Of a stretch of DNA of 64,000 nucleotides, positions 36,801 to 46,959 are shown piece by piece (the first letter of the stretch is position 1; each line of letters begins with the position of its first letter). The stretch is from Lama glama. Its lineage: Eukaryota. The position numbers were made by a program, and so were the translations under genes. The notes beneath the pieces were generated by a model. The model saw only the letters and a program-made list of their open reading frames with translations, was not told the DNA's origin and ran no database searches. The DNA is taken from the NCBI GenBank assembly GCA_028534125.1, contig CM052832.1:15626001-15690000 (forward strand), read 5' to 3'.

Positions 36801-37491
36801 CGTTGTGTCGGGAGAGGAGGATGTCAAATACTGCTCTTGCCCTTCCCCGGGGGCTGGAGACTGGAATCTTTATCCCAATTCAGTGCGGGGCGAATTGAAT
36901 TCCAGGATCCCCGAGTCAGTGGGACCCAAGGACAGCGTTGCTCGGGACCCGGGCCTCTGGGTCCTGACCTCTGGTGTCCAACGCTCCCCTAGTCCGCAGC
37001 CCTGTCTCCTGTCCTCACTTCCTTCCCTTTTTGGCTCCTGCTCTCGGAGCGGGCGGACGTTGGGGGGAGCGGAAAGGGCGGGAGGGCCCGGGAGTCTGGC
37101 GAGGGGGGGTACAAGGGGGTGCGGAAAAGCCGGGGAGGGACTCAGTCCAGGAACTTGATCGGGGGCTGGAGACAGACGGGAACAGCGGCCCGGGACCCGC
37201 GCTGCCCCCACCCATCCAGAGCAGGTCAGAGCCAGCGCACCCAGTGACCCTGCCCGTTCCCGTACTCGTGACCCCCATCCTCAAAATGCACCAGCCCCCC
37301 CCCCCAATTCCACCCCTGTGTTGCCCCCCGCCCAGCCTCCCTGCAGGACTCCCATCTAGTAAAACATAGAACCCACCCGCGTACCTCCCCTCCCGGCTTC
37401 CCCGCGCCCACCTGACTCTCCACCTGCCTCCCCCTCCTGTCTCTCCCCAGGCGCCCCCATGGCCCGACCCCGCTGATTCCTTCACTCGGCC

Positions 37492-40400
37492 ATGCTCCGG
37501 CGGCCCCTGCGGCTGCTTTGGGACACGAGCCCCTCCGGGGGAGTCGTGCTGAGCAGCTTCCGGAGCCGAGACCCCGAAGAGGGTGGGGGCCCAGGTGGCC
37601 GGGGCGTGGGCGGGGGGCAGGAGGAGGAGGAGGAGGAGGAGGAAGAAGAAGACGAGGTGAGATGCGGGTGGTGGGAGGTTGGGCGTGTATATTTCAGAGA
37701 CTGTCCACCTTTCTCTTCGTGTCTCTGTGTCCCTTCATCTCTTCCTCCCTGCCTCAGCTACTTCCGTGCCCCTTGCTGGTGTCTGCCTGTCTCCCCGCTG
37801 CGGGGAGTCCCGGCGTTTCTGTGGTTCTCTGTGGCAGTGTGACTCAGGACCTGCCCGCAGGAACCTGCCCGGTTTCTGCCAGGAGCGTTGGCTGGCTCTC
37901 CTGCGGGTCTCTGGCCCGCTCCACCTATGCCCGCGTGTGCTTGTCTCTGGGCATTTTGTCTAGGTCCCTGCCTCCCTCCTTATTTTTGTTTGCCTGGGAG
38001 GGGTTTGTTTCCACAGTAACCCGCTCCTCTGAATCCAGGATTGGGGAAGGAACCCTTCGATTTCGTGACCCCTCCCCCCACCAGCCTCGCGCTGGGTGGA
38101 GGCGGGAAGCCAAGGTTCTCGGACCTTGAAGGGACGGACCATCCCAGGCCGATTGGCGGGTGGTCACCTGCTTTTCTATGGGACTAATGGCGGTGGCTGG
38201 GATTGGGGCCTCGGGAAGGGCCAGAAGTTGGATTTGGGGTCCCGAGGCTTTGGACTCTTGGGTCCAGAGTCTGGGTGAGGGCTGGGTGACTAGCAGGTCT
38301 GGTTTTTCGGGATCGGTTGGGGGAGGGGCTGGGTCACATGACTCTCTGAGTCTACGCCCCCCCATCAACCCACTTCCCCTTCTCCTTCCTGTATTAGGAT
38401 TTGAGCCGCCACCTTGAGGGGGGTCTCCAGGGCTGAGGGACCCGGGGAAAGGGGGCTAAGGGGAAGGACTAACTCTTTGGGCTTGGCCAGTTCCTGCGGG
38501 GGAGGGCGGAGCATGCGGCTGTGCCTGTGACAGGTTTCAGCTTCTCTAGGTCTCTGCCTCAGGCTTTCTACCTTTCTCTCTTTTCCCTCTCTACACTTTG
38601 CGCCTTGATCCTCTTCTGTTCTGGGGTTCAGCTCTGGGGGGAAGGGGCTACAGCAGTCTCCAGAATCAGGGTTTCTGCATTCCATCCAACCCCCCACTAC
38701 TACTTCCTAGACTCCACCGGGCCCTAAGACGGCTGGGGGGGGGCTGTCTGGGCCCCAGTGGGGGAGACCTGGGGTCACCAGCCCCCCCCACCCCTCGTAC
38801 TCGCTGGTACTGCCTCCCTCCGCAACAGGTGAGGGGTACCGAGGGAGGAGTTGGGCCTGGGAGTAAGGGTTGGGCAGTTGGGGTGTGGAACTTTCTGACC
38901 TACTCTGCCTTGCTCCTCCAGGTCCCTGTGTCTGTCTGGGATGAGGAGGAGGATGGTGCCATCTTTACTGTCACAAGTCGCCAGTATCAGCCTCTTGATC
39001 CCTTGGTGAGATCATAACTTTGACTTCTCGCCTCCCAGTTCCCCTCCCTCTGACCAACTTTCTGGCTGGAGTGCTAGGTTAGAGGTCTGGAGACTGGACT
39101 CTGCTGTGTGACTTAGGTCAAGTCTTCTGCTCTCTGAGTTTTAATACAATGAGCCTAGATCTTCTCTTAGGTCTGGGATTTTTTCCCCCAGAGACCTATA
39201 GGCAGAGTTGAAAAGGGGCCCTCTGTCTTCCCCAGGCCCCGAGGCCTCCCCCGCGTTCCTCCCGGAGGCTGCGAGCTGGCACACTGGAGGCCCTTGTCAG
39301 ACACCTGCTGGATGCCCGGACATCAGGGGCTGACGTGACCTTCACAGCAGCCTTCCTGGCCACCCACCGGGCCTTCACCTCTACACCTGCCCTACTAGGG
39401 CTTGTGGCTGACAGGTCAGGGTCATAAGAGACCAAGGGTCATGGAGGTGTCTGGACTTTCTAAAGCCAGAATAGTCACCAAAATAGTCAAAGCCACTGGG
39501 AGTTTGGAAAAAACGGACAGATAGAACCTCTTCCCCTCCTCAGGCTGGAAGCCCTTGAATCTCATCCTACTGATGAACTAGAGAGGACAAAAGGGTGAGT
39601 GACCCCTGGTCCTTAACCTCTCGGTTCCCTATGCCCAAGCTGCAGCCTGTCATCTGACCCCTGGCTGATTCGCCTTCTCCCAGGGTAGCCATCTCTGTAC
39701 TGTCAACCTGGCTGGCCTCTCACCCTGAGGATTTTGGCTCTGAGGTCAAGGGTCAGCTTGACCGGCTTGAGAGTTTCTTGCTTCGGACAGGGTATGCAGC
39801 TGGGGAGGGTGTTGGGGGGGACAGCGCTGACCTCATCCGCAACCTCCGGTCCCGGGTGGACTCCCAGACCCCTGAACTTCCTAAGCCCCTGGCCCTCCCC
39901 GGCGATCCCCCTGCTGACCCCACGGATGTCCTGGTGTTCCTCGCTGACCACTTGGCCGAACAGCTGACCCTGCTAGATGCGGTGAGACCCTGACCTTTGG
40001 CCCCTATACCCCCTTCCCCCCTACTAACCTGTCCCTGACTCCAGATCCTTACCTTGCTTCCAGTCCTTCCTGATCCAGCTCCCAGTCTCCTCTGTCCACC
40101 CAGTTTTGACCTTTCCCCATTTCCCCTTGGTTGTTGCCCTTCAAACCCTGTGTCCCTCTGGATCCTTGGCCACTTGAGATCCTCACACCCCTGATATTGG
40201 AAGGCTGACCTCACTTGATTATGAAATTTAACCTCTGACCTCTGCCCTGCAGGAGCTGTTTCTCAATCTGGTCCCCTCCCAGTGTCTGGGGGGCCTGTGG
40301 GGTCACAGAGACCGGCCAGGACATTCCCACCTCTGCCCATCTGTCCGGGCTACTGTCACTCAGTTCAACAAGGTGGCAGGGGCAGTGGTCAGCTCGGTTC

Positions 40401-41301
40401 TGGGGGCTACCTCAACTGGAGAACGGCCTGGGGAGGTGACCGTCCGGCCACTTCGTCCCCCTCAGAGGGCCCGGCTCCTGGAGAAGTGGATCCGCGTGGC
40501 ACAAGTAAGAGATAGGATCGGCCCTGTTGGGGACTGTGGTGTGGAAAGAGGTCCCACAGCAGCAGCCTCCCTCTGTGACCCCCACAGGAGTGCCGCCTGC
40601 TCCGAAACTTCTCTTCAGTTTATGCTGTTGTGTCGGCCCTGCAATCCAGCCCCATTCACAGGCTTCGGGCAGCCTGGGGGGAAACAACCAGGTGGGGAGG
40701 ATGGGGCACTGGGCTGGGTTGAGGGTGGGGAAGGGGAGAACTGAGTCAGGCCCATCCTCAAGGCTGCTGCCACCCCCCCAGGGACAGCCTCAGAGTCTTC
40801 TCCAGCCTCTGCCAGATTTTCTCCGAGGAGGATAATTATTCCCAGAGCCGGGAGCTACTCCTGCAGGTGAGGCCCTATTCCCTGGCATTGCCAGCCCTCC
40901 CTGCTCCTCCCTCCCACCCCCATATCTTTATGTTTTGTTACCACCAGGAGGTGAAGCTGCAACCCTCTCTAGAGCCGAATTCCAAGAAGGGCCCGAGGTC
41001 TGGCTTCCGGGGTGGGGTGAGTGACAACAAATGGAGGATGGCTGTAAAGGAGTAAGGGATGTAGAGGAGTGGAAGCAGTCTGTTGGATGCGAAGGGGAGG
41101 CACATCTGGGTGAGGAGAATTAAACTTGTTCTCTCAGGCAGCGGGATAGGGAAGTACGGAGGGATGGGGAGCCCTCGGATCAGTGGTGGGGGTGACTGAC
41201 TCTCACCTCTAACCTCAGGGTGTAGTCCCATACCTTGGCACCTTCTTGAAGGACCTTGTGATGCTGGACGCAGCCTCCAAGGATGAGCTGGAGGTCAGTG
41301 G

Positions 41302-41344
<43 letters not shown>

Positions 41345-43814
41345 CGCATGCGCATGCACACAAGCGCTCATGCGCGGTTTGCAGTGATGGAACAAGTGGG
41401 CCTCAGGGTCAGGCACACCTTCCAGAAGGGGCTGCAAGGCATAAGCACTGATTGACAAGACTGTTACTTTGACCAGTTTATTTAACTTCTTTGTGCCTTA
41501 GTGGTCTGTAAATGGGAAACTAGTGGCAGTGTCTACATGAACTTGCTATCCCATGAGAGTTAAATGAATTAACATTTGGTGAGTGCTTAGAACATGCCTG
41601 AGGTGTGAGCATATGTAGATAGTTTGCTAAATAAACAAATACTGGGATCTTGCGCAAGTTCCTTATCTTTTCTGAGTTCTGATGTTCTCATCTGTGAAGT
41701 GGACACAATTTCTACCTGTGATGTGTAGTTTAAAGGGGAAGGTAGCGTGCTTAGGGCATGATGGATGGGGCCAGGGGGAGGGCCGGAGGAGTCAGAGAGG
41801 CCGAGTGAAGTGTGAATTGGATGTGGATGTGTGGGTGTTTGGGAGAGGGGATATTCTCTCTATGGCAGGGTTGGGACGCTTACCCCATCCCCTTTCTCCT
41901 TGCAGAATGGATACATCAATTTTGACAAGCGGAGGAAGGTGAGGGGAGTGCATGGGCTGGATGCTGGACATCCCTGGCCATGTCCTAGGAAGGGAAGAGG
42001 GAGGGCAGAGTCGGGAGTCCCTGAGTTGTGCCTCCCGCAGTCTGTGGGTTCCTTCCTAGGAGTTTGCTGTCCTTTCTGAGCTGCAGCGGCTCCAAAATGA
42101 ATGTCGTGGCTATGACCTCCGACCCGATCCCGACATCCAGCAGTGGCTACAGGGACTCCGGCCACTGACAGAGGCCCAGAGGTGACTGGCTGGGTGAGGC
42201 AGGGACTTCAGGGCCTGGACTGAGTGTGGGGATCAGTGTGTCACATTCTGACCTCTGCCCATTGCCCCCCTCTCCAGCCATCGTGTGTCCTGTGAGGTGG
42301 AGCCACCTGGTACCAGTGACCCTCCTGCCCCGCGGGTGCTTCGGCCAACGCTGGTCATCTCGCAGTGGACAGAGTGAGGGAGTCAGGGTTGGAGGGCAGT
42401 CTCTTGGGGACTTGCTCTTCCTCTTCTGACCCTCCCAATCTGCCACTCCAGGGTTCTGGGTTCTGTTGGGGGCCCCACCCACATAGTCTCCTGGGACCGG
42501 CCCAGTGTAGGGGGAGATGAGGAGCCGGGAACCCCTGCTCCACTGCTGACGCGGCTGGCCCAGGTGAGCTCTGCTCCTGACTGCTGACCTCAACAGTGAC
42601 CCTGACTTTATGGATGTTTCTTCCTTGACCTCTCTGCCTTCACACCAGTTCCCTCATGTTGTTTGTCCCCAGCACATGAAGTGGCCATCTGTCTCATCTC
42701 TGGACTCCGCCCTGGAAAGCACTCCGTCCCTGCAAAGTCCCGCCGACCCCAGCCACCTCTCCCCACCAGCTTCCTCCCCAAGACCTTCTCGGGGTCACCG
42801 CCGCTCAGCCTCCTGTGGCTCTCCGCTCAGTGGGGGTGCAGAAGCAGCCTCCAGTGGGGCTGGATGTGGGGGAGGGGGGTCCGGGCCAGGGTCCTCTGAT
42901 TGCCGAATCATCCGAGTACAGATGGAGCTGGGGGAAGACGGCAGTGTCTACAAGAGCATCTTGGTGAGGAGCTGTGGGCTGGGAGGTGGGGTGAAGGATG
43001 GTACCCTGTGGGACTGTAGTTGTTGGGGAACAGCCTTTGAAATGGGAGGATGATTTGTTTTAATCCCGACCTTTCGTTGTAGCAGCCGTGTTTTATTTTG
43101 AAGGTCACTTTGCATTAGCTGCTGCACTTTGAACTTGTGGTAGTCATATTAGATTTTCTGAACCAACAGCAGTTTCCCCACAGGGAACAGCTGGCCAGTA
43201 GAGCACAGGGAGCTACCACGTTGGGCTTCCCTGTTCACTCTAAGGTGTTGGACATGAGTAGCCTTTTCTGGTTGGGACCAGTGGCTGGGGTTGAAAGGAT
43301 GGAAAGCGGAGGTCATCATAGTCAATTTATTGCCCTTTTGGTCTTTTGTCCTGTCAGGTGACAAGCCAGGACAAGGCTCCAAGTGTCATCAGCCGTGTCC
43401 TGAAGAAAAATAATCGTGATTCTGCGGTGGCTTCGGAGTATGAACTAGTGCAGCTGCTACCAGGGGAGCGAGGTCAGAGGCCGTAAGGGAAGACACACTG
43501 GGGAGGAGGGGAGGGCCTACCAGTGGGAGTGCACCCACATCCGGGTGGCTGTACAGGGAACAGTTGTGTATGTGCGTGATCCCCCCACTTCTGAACCTAC
43601 AGAGCTGACCATCCCCGCCTCGGCTAACGTCTTTTATGCTATGGATGGAGCTTCACACGACTTCCTCCTGCGGCAGCGGCGAAGGCCCTCTACTGCTACA
43701 CTGGGCCTCGCCAGTGGCCCCTCTGCCTCAGGAACTCCCCCAAGTGAGGGAGGAGGGGGTTCCTTTCCCCGGATCAAGGCCACAGGGAGGAAGATTGCCC
43801 GGGCACTGTTCTGA
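37492..43814 (+). CDS. RGL2: Ral guanine nucleotide dissociation stimulator-like 2, 780 aa
   Basis: 17 coding exons: 37492-37656, 38922-39005, 39236-39414, 39544-39594, 39684-39981, 40253-40504, 40588-40691, 40782-40866, 40948-41016, 41219-41293, 41906-41938, 42060-42181, 42278-42373, 42452-42563, 42673-42963, 43358-43472, 43603-43814 (2343 nt, phases consistent). REM, CDC25 ([24 protein letters not shown]) and Ras-association domains; ends KIARALF. AATAAA at 44241. Confidence 0.97.
41304..41362. repeat. (TG)16 microsatellite continuing as an alternating purine/pyrimidine tract
   Basis: GTGTG...TGCGCGCGTGCGCATGCGCATGCACACA, 59 bp of unbroken R/Y alternation. Confidence 0.95.
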
Positions 43815-45013
43815 GGAGGAAGCCCTGTTGGCTCACAGAACTCATGGGGGCCATACCAGACATGCCATCCTGAGTGGTGGCAGTTGCCACATTAGGAAAA
43901 AAAATCCAGAGATGGCCAACCACCCTGGGGCAGTGAAGTGCCACAGGTTTACCAGACGGTGGATATCCAGCCCTGTGGGAATTGGTAATCTTGGTAACCA
44001 AGTTGGATACCTGTGTATAGCTCCCCACTTTCCATGAATGCAGCACAGCTAGTGCTGGAAAAAGGGATCGGTTTCTGATTCCTGGCCACATCTTAGTATG
44101 CCAAGGGTCAAGGAAGGGCCTAGAAGTAGGGGGAGGAGAAAAGCCTAGAAGCTCTGAGCCCCAGGGAGAGGGAACAGTAAGAAGGTTCTAGTAGGATTTC
44201 CTTTTCCTACTCTAGGGGTTCCTGTCACTGTGACAACACTAATAAACCAAAACACTACCTGAACTCTACTCCTGTCCTTGCAGTGTGTATGAACTAGCTG
44301 CTGGTAGTGGGGGTGGGGAGCTGGCTGAAGGTAGACACCATGGAACAAGAGGGACCGAATGTTTTTTTATCCATGAAGAGCTGAAAGCAAGGAGTTGGTG
44401 GAAACGGTTCCTTCAGGATGGTTTATTCCTCCCCAGTAACCTCTCTATCTCTGGTCTCTTTATTTGCTCTTAAATTTTCCTAAGTTGTCACAGACCTATG
44501 TCAAGTACTAGCTACCCAATTAAAATGATCAGAACGAAGAACACCCTTGGCTTGGAATTTGTAGGAAACAATTTTTGGACAGAAATCCAAGAACAATTTT
44601 GTGGACAGCGTACAAACCTTGAGGACTTACAATATCACAGAGCGTTGTGTGTTGGGATTTTAAATCAGTTTAAGCTACATTTAAACAAATTTTATGAAGA
44701 AAGAGGTTAAAAAGAACTAAGATGCTAAGGCTATTTTGAGGATGACATATCATAGCAAGGAGGGTCACCATGTTTCATTCTGGGGTCACAGGTCAGAGAA
44801 CTGTATGTTAGTCAATTAAACTCACTTTCCCCAAAATTGTTGCATTGTAAATGTCCTTCTCTTGTTTCCTAAAGGAGGATGCCAGCCAAGACAAAGGAGA
44901 GTTAAGGATTGTATATACAGGCAAGAATTAGGTTTGAGACTTTTCAGACTTCAGTCTCAAGAAAGATTACTTTGCCACAGAGAGATACCAGTGCAAAAAT
45001 CTGGACCTGAGAA

Positions 45014-45117
45014 GGGGTGGTAGGTATAGCTCAGTGGTAGAGTGCATGCTTAGCCAGCAGATGTCCTGGGTTCAATCCCCAGTACCTCCATTAAAAAAGA
45101 AAAAAAGAAAGAAAAAG
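45014..45117 (+). mobile_element. Camelid tRNA-derived SINE between the RGL2 and PFDN6 3' ends
   Basis: SINE head, (GAAA)-type tail, TSD aat(c/t)tggac(c/t)tgag. Confidence 0.9.
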
Positions 45118-45306
45118 AATTTGGACTTGAGTGAGTTAACATAGATGGTAAATATATAAGGTGGAAGGGACCAAGGGAATGGGTGGAGACAATTATGACA
45201 GAGGTGGCTGGTCAGAAAATGGCCAGGTATTTTCACATTTTATTAGCTACAGTATAGACCCTAGAGCTGCCTCATTCCCGCCCCTCCCCTTCCCCCCACC
45301 ACGGGG

Positions 45307-46294
45307 TCAGGCCTTCCCAGGAGCCCCTGCCTTTGCTGCCTGGGCCCGCTGGAACTCCTGCTGCAGCTGAGCAAGGGTCTCCCTCTGTTGTTCTGACTGG
45401 CGCTCTAAGTCCCGGAGCTGGGATTCATACCGCTTACTAAGGAGAGACGAGAGGCAAAAAGCAAATGAGAAATTAGTGAGACTTACTATTGAGGATGCTT
45501 AAGGCAAGAAGGAGACTGGTGGAAAACCTGACATTTAGGGGACGGAGAAGAAGAGGGGTTAAAGGGAAGGGGTTAGAGGAACTGAATAATGGGGATACTC
45601 TGGAGAGATACTCTACAGTGGTTTCTGCAGTGGTTCCTCAACACCTCTATTCCAACGTGTCAGGAACATCACAGGGTGCTGGGACAAAGACTCACATTTC
45701 AGCTGTGATGTAGTCTAGCCTTTTCCCCACTGTAGCCCGAGCCTCCCCAAGCTCCTGTTTGACCAGCACGGGACCCAGAAGTTTAAAGACCACGTTGGAC
45801 CCATCCAGCAGGGCCAGTTCCTGATGGAGGGGTGAGACATACATGATCAGAATCATTGTCTATAAAAGTCCTTCTCGCCCCACAAACCCCAGTCTCTCAC
45901 CTCTTTCACGATATTATTTTCTGTTAGTTGTGCCTCTAGCTTCTGCCTCCCTGACATGGATTTACTCAAGTCTGGCGGGTGGAAGGAAAGACTTGATAAA
46001 TCAAGACATCAAATGTGCCACCCAACCCCCAAAGTCCCCCACAAGAAAATGTATCTGAAGAAGTAGACAAGGATGGGGACGACGGGTCAGTGGTTGGGTA
46101 AAGCATATAAAGGGCCGCACACAGGGGCCCAGAGGTGGGGTGGGGGCGGGGCGGAACACATTATCTTGGCATGGCTTTGGGTTGTAAGTGAGGGAATGGG
46201 GGCGAGGCCACACCGATCCTCCTCCCTTACCTTTCTGTAGCTGTTGATATTTCTCCACTTCTCCCTGTAACTTCTTCTGGATCAGCTCAGCCAT
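45307..46294 (-). CDS. PFDN6: Prefoldin subunit 6 (HKE2), 129 aa
   Basis: Exons 46294-46231, 45971-45901, 45820-45696, 45436-45307 (390 nt): MAELIQKKLQGEVEKYQQLQKDLSKSMSGRQKLEAQLTEN...GAPGKA. Minus-strand AATAAA at 45239-45244. Confidence 0.97.
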
Positions 46295-46499
46295 GGCGGG
46301 GACGAAAGCCTGCAGGGAATCGGAGAGGGGCACTGGGTCTCACACTGGAAGGTATCGGGGCTCTCTTTCTGGCCTGCAGGAATGACAGCCCTCTTGAGAG
46401 GCAGTCTCTCGGAGCACAGCAGTTTCTCTTCGTCCGGGATATCAACTCCACCCCGTCTCCAGCGGGTGGCAGGCAAACCGAGACCCCCAAAACCCCTCA

Positions 46500-46959
46500 A
46501 CGGAACCCCTGGCCTACTCACGTTCTCCCTTCAGTATTGGTGAACCCGGAAGTAAACAACGAATGCTGGGAAAAAACGGCGCCGGAAGCTGCCTTCCGGC
46601 ACATGCCGGGAACTGTAGTTCTAACATACTTAATGAGTGGCGTTCTGCTAAAAAGGCTAAACTTGGAAGGCTTTAGGCAAGATGAGGAAACGAAGCTGGG
46701 ATAAGAAACTTCATGGTTACGTGGGTCCTGGCTCCGGACTGACTCTCTTTTCTTACTCAGGCATAAGTTGCCTCACGGCTGGGCGGGTCGGCCCCGCCCC
46801 TCAGTGGAGAGAGCGCCCTCATTCAAGATGGCGCCTAGAAGGCTTCAGACCTAGGGCTGCACCGATTGGATGACAACCGGAGGACTTCCGGGAGTTTTCA
46901 AGCCAACTGTGGGACAGCTGAGAAGAATTTGCACGTGCGTCGTCTTTCGGGTGGGCTAG
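46500..46959. promoter_or_regulatory. Bidirectional PFDN6/WDR46 promoter
   Basis: Head-to-head genes. ETS CCGGAAG sites, ZNF143-associated ACTACAGTTCCCGGCATG on the minus strand (46602-46619), GC box about 46790, YY1 CAAGATGGCG at 46824, ATTGG about 46865. Confidence 0.85.

Noticed and set aside
38513..38533. ATG CGG CTG TGC CTG as the start of an alternative RGL2 N-terminus
   Set aside because: An in-frame TGA follows after five codons.
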